From a virus, in the IMG/VR virus record IMGVR_UViG_3300020455_000616: 64,000 nucleotides of DNA, one strand, 5' to 3'. This document shows, one piece after another, positions 35,473 to 45,162 of this stretch (position 1 is the stretch's first letter; each line of letters opens with the position of its first letter). The translations under genes and the position numbers were made by a program. Below the pieces are notes generated by a model. That model was not told the origin of the DNA. It made no database searches and worked only from the letters and a program-made list of their open reading frames with translations.

Positions 35473-37205
35473 TGTCTAATAAAGTCTACTTATTTCAACC
35501 ACAACATGCAATATTCATTAAAGGTATAGAGAACTATTGGTTACCCTATGCTGCTGGATGTCTGTGGAGTTATGCATCTAAACATACTGAAGGTTTTGAA
35601 TTAGGTGAGATTATATTTAAAAGAGAAGATCCTTTTAAGATTTTAGATAGGATAGATGATCCAGTATTATGTGTATTCAGTACATACATTTGGAATGAGC
35701 AGTATAATTTATATCTTGCCAGACTAATTAAAAATAAATTTCCAGACTGTGTTATTGAATTTGGTGGACCTCAATCAACTAGAGGTTTAATAGAGAATGA
35801 TTTTATTGACTGTGTAATCTTAGGTGAAGGTGAAAAACCTATTGTTGATATTCTCAATAGAATTAAAAATTCATGTCACATAAAAGAGATTTATGAGAGA
35901 GAACAAATAAAGGAAGTTACGTATGAAAGTCCATATACTTCTGGTGTATTAGATAAAATCGTAAAAGATAATCCTAATTATCACTGGGCTACATTAGTAG
36001 AATCTACTAGAGGATGTCCTCATCACTGCACCTTTTGTGACTGGGGTACATGGATGGATAAGATTAAAAAATTTGATCTTACTCAAGTAGAAGCAGATAT
36101 TAACTGGATGTCTACTCATAAAGTAGGATTCCTAATGATGGCAGATGCAAACTTTGGAATATTTAAAGACAGGGATTTACTAATTGCAAGGATGCTTAGA
36201 AAGGCAGCAGACCATCCATTAGCAATTATAGATGATCTTACAGTACAATACACTAAAAATTCTACTGATGTTATCTTTGATATTAGTAAAGCATTAGGTC
36301 CATATGATAGAAGAGGGGTGACTATGAGTGTTCAAAGTATGAACTCACCAACTCTAAAAGCAATTAGAAGACAAAACAATACAATAGAAAAGGCAAAAAA
36401 ATTTGTTAAGAAGGCAAGAGAAAAAGGTGTTAATGTATATACAGAAATGATTCTTGGTCTTCCAGAAGAGACAGTAGAATCATGGAAAACTGGATTATGT
36501 GAGTTACTTGAGGCTGGTCAAGATAGCATTGACATATGGTTCTGTCAGGTATTTGGTAACACAGAATTAAATCTCAATAGAGAGAAGTATGGAATTAAAG
36601 TTGTTAATGCCACAGATTATGTCTCATTCACTAATAAAGAAGACTCTATTAAAGAAATAGTTGAGATTGTAAATCAAACAGATAGTATGACAACTGAGGA
36701 TATGATTGAATCATATCTATATGCTTGGATGGTTATAATGTTCCATATTAATGGATTTACTCATGTCTTATCTGAATACTCGAATTTATCATATAGAGAG
36801 TACTATGATAATATGTTTGAATGTCTAAGGAATGATACTGGTTTATTTGGAAATCATTTTAAGGAAATTAAAAAAAGAGTTACCACTTACCTAACTACGG
36901 GTCAGTTAATATCTGATAAAGATAAAGGTCATCTTTTAGAATTAAGTATGGGAACCGACTTTGATTTATTCTGGAATAATAAGACTGAAGTATTTGATTT
37001 TGTAAAATCTATTTTACCTGTATCTAAATCATTATTTGAACTACAACAAAAAACTGTTTATGATCCAAAAACAGAATATCCATTCACAATTATGCATGAT
37101 AAAGAGTTTTATATTATAGATAATCCTAGGAGTGATGAAGAACGTGATGATATATGGGTTCTTAAAAGAAAGAATCTTTTAAAAAACAAACTAATAAAAC
37201 CATGA
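35472..37205 (+). CDS. cobalamin-binding radical SAM protein 1
   Basis: N-terminal B12-binding-type motifs (STYIWN, FGGPQ, DCVILGEGE) and RGCPHHCTFCDW (CxxxCxxC). Confidence 0.88.
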   Translation: MSNKVYLFQPQHAIFIKGIENYWLPYAAGCLWSYASKHTEGFELGEIIFKREDPFKILDRIDDPVLCVFSTYIWNEQYNLYLARLIKNKFPDCVIEFGGPQSTRGLIENDFIDCVILGEGEKPIVDILNRIKNSCHIKEIYEREQIKEVTYESPYTSGVLDKIVKDNPNYHWATLVESTRGCPHHCTFCDWGTWMDKIKKFDLTQVEADINWMSTHKVGFLMMADANFGIFKDRDLLIARMLRKAADHPLAIIDDLTVQYTKNSTDVIFDISKALGPYDRRGVTMSVQSMNSPTLKAIRRQNNTIEKAKKFVKKAREKGVNVYTEMILGLPEETVESWKTGLCELLEAGQDSIDIWFCQVFGNTELNLNREKYGIKVVNATDYVSFTNKEDSIKEIVEIVNQTDSMTTEDMIESYLYAWMVIMFHINGFTHVLSEYSNLSYREYYDNMFECLRNDTGLFGNHFKEIKKRVTTYLTTGQLISDKDKGHLLELSMGTDFDLFWNNKTEVFDFVKSILPVSKSLFELQQKTVYDPKTEYPFTIMHDKEFYIIDNPRSDEERDDIWVLKRKNLLKNKLIKP

Positions 37206-39043
37206 AGAACGTCTATATGTTCCAACCACAGTATGCTGTGGAAATAAGAAAAGAAGACACCTACTGGTTGCCTTATAGTGTAGGGTGTCTATGGAGTTAT
37301 TGTAGTCAGTTCAAAGATATTACAGATAACTTTGAATTAAAAGAGTTTATATTCAGAAGAGAAGATCCAGCAGATATATTAGATCGTTTAGATAATCCAG
37401 CAATATGTGCGTTTAGTTGTTATATTTGGAATGAACGCTATAATTTACATGTAGCTAAATTAATCAAAGAGAAGTATCCAGATTGTATTATTGAATTTGG
37501 TGGTCCTCAAGGAACAAAACATTTACTTGAGTATGACTTTATAGACACCATTATCATCTCTGAAGGTGAAGAGTCATTCTATGATCTTCTAATAAAAATT
37601 AAAAATAATGAAAGTATTGAACGACTCTATACTAAAGAGCGAATTGAAGTATTGGACTTCCCTAGTCCTTATCAAAGTGGTCTTTTTGATGATATCATTC
37701 AGAATAATCCTGATGTCATGTGGGCTATGACTATGGAAACTAATCGTGGTTGTCCACATATGTGTACGTACTGTGATTGGGGTGGAATGACATATCAGAA
37801 AATTAAAAAGTTTGACCTTGATAGAGTCAAACAGGACATTGAATGGGCAGGTAATCATAATGTTGGATTCATATTTAATGCTGATGCCAACTTTGGTATC
37901 TTTAGAGATAGAGATGTTGAGATTGCAAAGATGTTTAGAGAAGCAGCAGATAAAGGTAATTTAGAAGCAATCAATATACAGTACTCTAAGAACTCAACAG
38001 AAGTTGTTTTTGAGATTGCAAAAATAGTTGGTGACATTAGTAGAGGAGTCACTATAAGTGTTCAAAGTATGAATCAACCTACACTTAAGGCAATTAAAAG
38101 ACAGAATATGAAGGTTAATAAAATATCTGAACAGATAGAAAAAAGTAGAGAATATGGTGTTAAAACATATACTGAATTTATTTTAGGGTTACCTGAAGAG
38201 ACTTTAGATTCTTGGAAGGAAGGGTTCTCAAAGGTTCTTGAATGTGGTCAACATGAATCAATTGATATTTGGTTCTGTCAATTATTTGGTAACACAGAAC
38301 TCAATAGCAAACTATCAAGAGAAATGCATGGAATAAAAACTATCAAGTCAGAAGACTATGTTTCTTTTGGTAATGATAGAGATTATAACGGAGTAGTAGA
38401 GATAATAGAACTCATCTCTGAGACTAATACAATGACCAATGATGAATTGATTGAATCATACATGTATGGTTGGTTAATTGTTCAGTTCCATATTGCTGGT
38501 TATACTCAACTGATAGCAAAATACTTCCATTATAAGTTAGGAATATCTTATAGAAGATTCTATGATGCTTTATTTGATTATGTTAGAAGTAACAAAGGTA
38601 AACTAGGAGATCATTATAGAGAGATCTTTAATTCAGTTAATCATTACATGAAGACTGGAAAAATATTAGATACAGGTAAACATGGTCATACATTACATGC
38701 AGGAAGTTTTGCCTTTATGTTTAATAATAAAGAAGAGATCTTTTCAGAAGTAAAAAATATGATTAGAACATTACAACCAATGATTGAAGAATGGTGTGAT
38801 GTTAAATCTCCAATAGATGATAATATATTAGAAGCACAAAGATGCTTTATCTTTGATGAGAATATGACATACCCTCATACATTTAAATCCAACTATGATT
38901 TAAGTACATGGGAAGAGAAAGATATTGAATATCTTATTGATACTGAATTTAAAAATTTCGACAAAAATAACCCACATGAGGTCTTCATCTTAAGACGCAA
39001 AGGTCTACTTAAGAATCAGATGAAGGAACTATGTAAGGTTTAA
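37202..39043 (+). CDS. cobalamin-binding radical SAM protein 2 (paralogue)
   Basis: SCYIWN, FGGPQ, SEGE, RGCPHMCTYCDW; ATGA overlap with paralogue 1. Confidence 0.88.
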   Translation: MKNVYMFQPQYAVEIRKEDTYWLPYSVGCLWSYCSQFKDITDNFELKEFIFRREDPADILDRLDNPAICAFSCYIWNERYNLHVAKLIKEKYPDCIIEFGGPQGTKHLLEYDFIDTIIISEGEESFYDLLIKIKNNESIERLYTKERIEVLDFPSPYQSGLFDDIIQNNPDVMWAMTMETNRGCPHMCTYCDWGGMTYQKIKKFDLDRVKQDIEWAGNHNVGFIFNADANFGIFRDRDVEIAKMFREAADKGNLEAINIQYSKNSTEVVFEIAKIVGDISRGVTISVQSMNQPTLKAIKRQNMKVNKISEQIEKSREYGVKTYTEFILGLPEETLDSWKEGFSKVLECGQHESIDIWFCQLFGNTELNSKLSREMHGIKTIKSEDYVSFGNDRDYNGVVEIIELISETNTMTNDELIESYMYGWLIVQFHIAGYTQLIAKYFHYKLGISYRRFYDALFDYVRSNKGKLGDHYREIFNSVNHYMKTGKILDTGKHGHTLHAGSFAFMFNNKEEIFSEVKNMIRTLQPMIEEWCDVKSPIDDNILEAQRCFIFDENMTYPHTFKSNYDLSTWEEKDIEYLIDTEFKNFDKNNPHEVFILRRKGLLKNQMKELCKV

Positions 39044-39621
39044 AGGATTCTATTGCCTCATCCCAAAGGATTCTGTGTTCGTAATCTTTATCCTTATCTA
39101 TTAAAGCAATAGTAATAGTAAATCTCTTGTCATCTGTAGGGTTATGAGAACTATGCAGAGGACCAACATTAATAAGACTAGAAGTACCAACATCAACTTC
39201 ATGTTCAAGAGTAGACTCTTCTGGTCTAGCAACTAATACTTTACCGTGATAGTGATCATCTGTTCTATCACCACCTGCTCGTGCATCTGTAGTACTAACT
39301 TCAAATGCTTTATCTGAAGACCACCATCTCATAGTACTTCCTTTAGCACCTATTTGATATATTATTTTTGCCCAAGACCAATCACCAATATTATCAGAAT
39401 GCACAATACCGTCCTCATGTGGAGGAGTATAAAAGAACTCTATCCAATGAGAACTATATCCCATGCTGTTTAACCACGGGAGAATTTTATCATTACCTAG
39501 ATCTTCAAATTGTAGTTGCTTATGGAATTGCAACCACCCCATACCTTTAGTTTTATATTTTGATACGTCTATGTTTGGAAGATAATCTGGTATATTTAAA
39601 AACCTATGAGCATTTTTCATC
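39009..39621 (-). CDS. putative 2OG-Fe(II)/cupin-fold oxygenase
   Basis: IVHSDN (HxD), PLHSSHNP, KRFTITI; start placed at MKNAHRF. Confidence 0.6.
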
Positions 39622-39969
39622 AAAGTCATGAATATTTTCTGAACCACCAACCGCAAATGGATTGTACTTGGAAGTTGCTATCTTGTACAACTTTTCATGA
39701 GTGCTTGGACCTTCATACTCTTGTCCATCTTCTTCATCAATAAACCAGTTTGTTTCTTCTTCTGATTTTGGGTTTTGTTCGATTAACATCATTTCAGTGT
39801 CTAACTCCAATCTACGTTCAGGTGGTGCATACTTATTCTCATTAGTTGCTATAGGCATACTATCATGAGGATGTGCAAGTTCGTTAATTACTCTATTCAT
39901 CCAGTCAGTGCTATCCTCATCTTTTTTTGATTTAAGAGAGAACCATTTTGATGGATTTAATGAGATCAT
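39604..39969 (-). CDS. hypothetical protein
   Basis: Immediately downstream of gp20, acidic. Confidence 0.55.
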   Translation of the reverse strand: MISLNPSKWFSLKSKKDEDSTDWMNRVINELAHPHDSMPIATNENKYAPPERRLELDTEMMLIEQNPKSEEETNWFIDEEDGQEYEGPSTHEKLYKIATSKYNPFAVGGSENIHDFDEKCS

Positions 39970-39970
39970 A

Positions 39971-41623
39971 CTAGGTTAGCGTTGGTGCTTCAGGATCTAA
40001 GGGTGTTTTGCCAGATGCTCCATTAGTGTTATCTGGAGATTGACCTCCCATAGGTTCCATTGGTAATCCTGTCTCAGGATCAATAGGAGCCATTGGATCG
40101 GGTATAACACCCTGCTCAATCTCTTTTGCAATTAGTTTATCTTGCTCAATAATTTCCTCATCTGTTTGACGAAGGAACTTACGACGTACATAGTCCTGTG
40201 AATAATATTTACCAACATAAGGTTCTGCAGTCGCTGCAATATTAAGGCGTTCTGTCATTAACTCTGCTTCCTTCAGTTCGGAGAAGTGATTATCATATAA
40301 GAAGTCATATTGAATATGCTCCTCCATTTTATCCCAATCTTCTGGAGTTACAAGGTTCTTAAGTAAACACTGGGTCTTCAACATATCGTTGAACATCCTT
40401 GAGAATCTCTTACGTAATCTACCTACAAACTTAGTAAACTTAAGTTCATCTCTAAGGATCTCTGAGGATCTTCCTAGGTTAAACCCACCTTCACCACCTT
40501 GTCTTGACTCAGGCACGTTTAGAGATCTATACAACTTAGATTGGAAGTACTTAATATCTGCTAGTTCACCTAAGTTTTGTCCACCTGGTAGTGTAGTAAT
40601 CTCAGTTCCTCTACCTCCTTCTCTACGTGGTAACCAGAAGTCTTCCAACATAGACATAAACTTCTTGTCATCACGAATCTCTCCAGTACTTGCATCATAT
40701 ACCAACTTATTACGATAACGCATCATAACGTCACGTAGGTACTGCTCTGCCTTCATCTTAGGGAGATTACCAACATCAATGTAGAATATTCTTCTTTCAG
40801 GTGCTCTTGATAATCTGTAGATAACAAGAGAGTCCTCAATCATTCTTAATTGGTTGAGTGACTTAATTGCTTTGTGTAGATAGGATAATGTTGTTCCTTT
40901 ATTCCTATCAACCAATCCAGAGGTACAATATGAGATGGAATCTTTTGCAAACTTAACTCCACCACCAGATCCTTTACCTGGTTGTCCACCATAAGGTGCT
41001 ACATTTTGTTTTGGGTTATATACAAAATACTCTTTAATATTTGGGAATGGGGATGACATTGGATTGTCACGTCCATCATTCTGTTGTACACCACCACCTT
41101 TATCCTTCTTAGTTATTGATTCACGTACATAACGCATCTTCAATGCATCAATATACCTTAACTCCTGAATCCCATCATGTGGATTCTTTAAGTCAATTAC
41201 TTTATGGTAATATAATCTTCCATCAACATACCAATTTCTATAAATCTCATGACACTTTTTATCAAAGTCTAGAAGTTCAAGAACAGTTTTAAATTCTTCT
41301 CTTATCTTTTTCTTTAAACTATCTCCAGCATTTAAATTATCTAAATCTATCTGAACAGGACTATCGTTTAAATCACTAACTATTGCTTCATTGACAATAT
41401 CTTCAATCGCACCATCACATTCTGGATGTAATGCCATCTCTCTATATCTCTTGATGAGATCATATTCGGTTTTATAGACTCCTTCTATATCTACATAAGA
41501 ACCAAAAAATCCACTGGTTAAGTAATGATCAACTCCATCCTCATTTGATTGAGGTATGGGTGACACCACGCCAGGGGATTTTTTTTCGTTATCCTCAATA
41601 GAAAAGCCAAATAACTTCGCCAT
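39971..41623 (-). CDS. gp20: portal vertex protein
   Basis: MAKLFGFSI, YRLSRAPERRIFYIDVGNLP, EDFWLPRREGGRGTEI. Confidence 0.98.
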   Translation of the reverse strand: MAKLFGFSIEDNEKKSPGVVSPIPQSNEDGVDHYLTSGFFGSYVDIEGVYKTEYDLIKRYREMALHPECDGAIEDIVNEAIVSDLNDSPVQIDLDNLNAGDSLKKKIREEFKTVLELLDFDKKCHEIYRNWYVDGRLYYHKVIDLKNPHDGIQELRYIDALKMRYVRESITKKDKGGGVQQNDGRDNPMSSPFPNIKEYFVYNPKQNVAPYGGQPGKGSGGGVKFAKDSISYCTSGLVDRNKGTTLSYLHKAIKSLNQLRMIEDSLVIYRLSRAPERRIFYIDVGNLPKMKAEQYLRDVMMRYRNKLVYDASTGEIRDDKKFMSMLEDFWLPRREGGRGTEITTLPGGQNLGELADIKYFQSKLYRSLNVPESRQGGEGGFNLGRSSEILRDELKFTKFVGRLRKRFSRMFNDMLKTQCLLKNLVTPEDWDKMEEHIQYDFLYDNHFSELKEAELMTERLNIAATAEPYVGKYYSQDYVRRKFLRQTDEEIIEQDKLIAKEIEQGVIPDPMAPIDPETGLPMEPMGGQSPDNTNGASGKTPLDPEAPTLT

Positions 41624-41653
41624 TATATTGTCTTAATACTGTGTATCTATTTA

Positions 41654-42256
41654 TTATACCACAGGTGTACCTGTTTGGTCACCACCCTCTGCTTGCCAGT
41701 ACTGAACTTGGAATTCAACTGTATACTCTTCGATTGTATCAGATGTATCATATGATAGATCTATCTGAGATACATTCGTTGGGAATATATCGAAGAACTT
41801 GTAAGTTCTTAAAGGTAGTACGCTGTCTGCATCAGTGTTTTCTGTAGAGAATCTTGATTGTCCTCTACCTAACTGATAAACATAAGCATCGGTCATGTAT
41901 GAAGCAGGGTTTGTAGCACCAGTGTTGTTATCCAACTTACTGATCTGATTCATCCACTGCTCAAATGATGTTCTTAGTTTGAAGTCCTCATCATTGATGA
42001 TTGTAACAGTCCAAGTATCGAAGGTTCTGTCTCCAGCAACCTTTAAAATACGACCTCTGAACGGAACGTCAATTTGTGCAATATTAGAAGCAGGTAATGC
42101 TGCTGCCTTACACAAAAAACTGAAGGTATCATCATCCCATGCAATACTTCCTGCAGTAGGGAATGTTGGAATTGATACTTCAAATAGATTTGGTCTTGCT
42201 GCACCGCCTAAGAGTTTACTCTTAAAGTCGGAGATAGTCCTGATTTCTCTTGCCAT
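41654..42256 (-). CDS. gp19: tail tube protein
   Basis: GGAARPNLFEV, PFRGRILKVAGDRTFDTW; AATAAATA late box at 41655-41648 lies just downstream, serving gp20. Confidence 0.95.
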   Translation of the reverse strand: MAREIRTISDFKSKLLGGAARPNLFEVSIPTFPTAGSIAWDDDTFSFLCKAAALPASNIAQIDVPFRGRILKVAGDRTFDTWTVTIINDEDFKLRTSFEQWMNQISKLDNNTGATNPASYMTDAYVYQLGRGQSRFSTENTDADSVLPLRTYKFFDIFPTNVSQIDLSYDTSDTIEEYTVEFQVQYWQAEGGDQTGTPVV

Positions 42257-42295
42257 TTTAGTTAGAATCCTCCTTAGTATTTAATCAATCAGTTA

Positions 42296-45091
42296 TCAAA
42301 CTCTACCAGCGACTTCTTCAAAGCTAACACCTGTACGTGTAGCAACGAAGGTCAGGGTGATGTAGTTGATCGACTTCGCAGGCTTCAGGAAGATGTCTGC
42401 TCGGAATTCATTATTATCAATTATGTCTGGAGTGTTGTTTGTCTCATCACAAATAACCAGATAATCGTAAATACCACGTTTTGCTTGAACATCACGTAGA
42501 TATGGTTCAACGATGTTAACGAAGTTTGCCCTCGTTACCTGATCGTTAAACTCAAAGAGTTGTGCCTGTGCTGCTCTTTCAAGTGCTTGCTCAACTGTCA
42601 AGAATAAACGACGAACGTTAATTCTATCAAATGCTGAAGCATATGCTAGTGCAGTCTTATCACCGAAGAGGATGATTCCAGTTCCAGGTGTATTAATTAT
42701 TGAGTTAATACGTGAGGAGTAAAGAATGTCTCTTTGTGCTTTCGTTGGGTTGTATGCAAGTTTGATTGCATTCTTAATTACGCCACGCTGCTGACCAGCA
42801 GGTGAGAACCAAGGATAAGCAACAAGGTTTGTACGACACATCAATCCAGCAATATCTGGGTTGCATGGAAGGTAACGGAACTTGTTGTTGAACCTATCGT
42901 AAGTATACTTGTAACCACTATCAAATATTGCATAAGAAGAAGAACTTAGTGGTCCGAAGAACTCAACTATGTTACTAGTTTGAACGATTGGGTCAGTAAT
43001 ATTAACTACTGTTCCTTTGTGTGGTGATATAACAGTCACACAATCTTTTCTAGACTCAGCAATACCAATTAGTTTGTTTGCTTTTGCCTGACTATCATTA
43101 AGAGAATTACAAGAAGGTCCCATTAATAGGTAATCTACTTGAACTTCGTCTTTATTATCAAAGAGGTTGTAAGCACCAATTAGATTTCCTAATTCTGCTT
43201 TAAGTCCACCAGCAGCAGTATAATTCTCACCATTTGTTAGTGAGTATGTAACTCCACCAATAGAACTGAAGGTGTTATCCTTAGCAACTCTGTTCCAGCG
43301 AGTGCTGTTTTGAGTTAATGAATACCATACTGTTGGTTGATCACCGTCTCCATATAGACTACCAGTAGTAGAAGGATTGAAGTAAGTTCCAGTAGGGAAT
43401 GTATTGTGGTAGGTATCGTTACCTTGACCTTGGTTAGCACCTGCGTAAATGTAATTAGAATAGTTGGCAAGATAAGACTTGTACCATGTCTTCTGTGGAG
43501 CATTTGCTTCAGATACAGCATCGGTTGCCTTAGAAAGGTTTAGATGCTTCTCTAGGATATTACCTCGGATACCAGTTAAAGTACCTGAATCGTCAACAAC
43601 GACAACGTGCATTTCATCATTTCTACCACCACGCTCTGCAGTGTAGTTTGATGTTCCTGGTTTTGGAGCAATGCTTCGCCAGAATACTTTAGAGTTATCT
43701 AATCCAAGTTCTTGTGAATTGTACCAATCATCAACACCAGCAACTAATACTCTGGAGTTTGTTCCTCCAACCTCTAGAACAACTTGGTCATCTCTAAGAG
43801 ATGCTGTGTTTAGTTTGATATCATCAGTAATTGATGTACCACCAATTCCTGCTCCGTTAATGGTAATTGTTGTTCCAACACCATATGCTTCACCAGGATT
43901 TGTTAGTGAGACGGTTCCAATACCACCACTTGCATCTCTGAAGACAGTGAATATTGCTCCAGTACCTTGAGCACTTGTACCTGATAGGTTAGTGTAAGTA
44001 CCACTAGAAGCAGATGGAACGCTAGTTGAAGATGTAAGTCCAACTGTGTTGATCTTACCTTGACTTAAATCAAAACCACCAACAGAAGTACCAGCAATGG
44101 AGACTGTATCTGTTACAGTGTATCCAACACCAGCATTTACAATGGTTGCAGAAGCAACACCACCAGTTGTACTATTTCTAGTAATAGTGAATGTAGCGTC
44201 AGAACCACCACCGTTAGTAGTACCACCAACTCCAACATAAGATTGGTCTTGCTGACCATTAATCTGAGATGAAGTGTTTATTCCTATAGTTGATATCGAG
44301 TCTTCTGGTGACATTACATCGCCGTCAGAGTCGAGAATTGTTAATCTTTGGTCTTTTAAGAACGAAGCATATGCACTATTTTCTGCATAGTTTACATATG
44401 TTTCTTTACCAGGTTCTGTGCCACCCGTAGAGACTCTGGATCGTATTTTGACCGTTAATGTACTAAGAGACGTTTCTGGAGCGTTAACTACTTGAGTAAC
44501 AACCCCTTTAAGATATCCATAGAATACAGAAGTGCTTCCTGCACCAGGAATTACTTGACCACTTATGTCAACCGTTACACCATATCCAACTGCTGCACCC
44601 ATATCGGTTACTGAAGTTGTTGCAATACCAATAACTTGATCTCCCAAGTCGTCAATATAGCAGACCTTCAGAGAGTTACCCCATCTTCCTGGGTTCTTTG
44701 CTGCATAAAGGAAGTTGGACGCTGCATCTATAAAATTAGTATTATAGTCGTCGAAGTTCTTTATCTTTGTGCTTGCTATTGCAGAAGTACCTACACCAAC
44801 GTTTGAGTTAGCTAAGTTATCGTCATCGGTTCGTATTACCTTAAGCACACCACCATAGGAGAGGTATTGTGATGCAGACATCCAGTATTCATACTGGGCA
44901 TCGTCATCATAAGGCTTACCGAATGTGGTAATCAGATCTTGCTCTGTGGCAATATTGATCGGTTCTAATACGGGACCAATTTCAAAAGGTCCAGCAATAC
45001 CTCCAATGTTGTCAAGAACGTTTTCCGCTCTACCTACCGTTAAGTCAACTTCTCTAGTCAGTACACCAGGAGATAATTGAGGAGTGGCCAT
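42296..45091 (-). CDS. gp18: tail sheath protein with internal insertion
   Basis: QLSPGV..REVD, WFSPAG..RG, FDRINVRRLF, IFLKPAKSINYI. Confidence 0.96.
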   Translation of the reverse strand: MATPQLSPGVLTREVDLTVGRAENVLDNIGGIAGPFEIGPVLEPINIATEQDLITTFGKPYDDDAQYEYWMSASQYLSYGGVLKVIRTDDDNLANSNVGVGTSAIASTKIKNFDDYNTNFIDAASNFLYAAKNPGRWGNSLKVCYIDDLGDQVIGIATTSVTDMGAAVGYGVTVDISGQVIPGAGSTSVFYGYLKGVVTQVVNAPETSLSTLTVKIRSRVSTGGTEPGKETYVNYAENSAYASFLKDQRLTILDSDGDVMSPEDSISTIGINTSSQINGQQDQSYVGVGGTTNGGGSDATFTITRNSTTGGVASATIVNAGVGYTVTDTVSIAGTSVGGFDLSQGKINTVGLTSSTSVPSASSGTYTNLSGTSAQGTGAIFTVFRDASGGIGTVSLTNPGEAYGVGTTITINGAGIGGTSITDDIKLNTASLRDDQVVLEVGGTNSRVLVAGVDDWYNSQELGLDNSKVFWRSIAPKPGTSNYTAERGGRNDEMHVVVVDDSGTLTGIRGNILEKHLNLSKATDAVSEANAPQKTWYKSYLANYSNYIYAGANQGQGNDTYHNTFPTGTYFNPSTTGSLYGDGDQPTVWYSLTQNSTRWNRVAKDNTFSSIGGVTYSLTNGENYTAAGGLKAELGNLIGAYNLFDNKDEVQVDYLLMGPSCNSLNDSQAKANKLIGIAESRKDCVTVISPHKGTVVNITDPIVQTSNIVEFFGPLSSSSYAIFDSGYKYTYDRFNNKFRYLPCNPDIAGLMCRTNLVAYPWFSPAGQQRGVIKNAIKLAYNPTKAQRDILYSSRINSIINTPGTGIILFGDKTALAYASAFDRINVRRLFLTVEQALERAAQAQLFEFNDQVTRANFVNIVEPYLRDVQAKRGIYDYLVICDETNNTPDIIDNNEFRADIFLKPAKSINYITLTFVATRTGVSFEEVAGRV

Positions 45092-45130
45092 GTTCTATGT
45101 CTCCAAAAATTCTCAGTTTTGTTCTAGAGA

Positions 45131-45138
45131 TATTTATT
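45131..45138 (-). promoter_or_regulatory. late-promoter-like AATAAATA for gp18
   Basis: Intergenic, 7/8 match to TATAAATA; similar boxes at 62582-62589, 49315-49322, 47115-47122, 42278-42285, 41648-41655, 8731-8738. Confidence 0.6.
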
Positions 45139-45162
45139 AAAATATTTAATTTGAAGGGGTTA

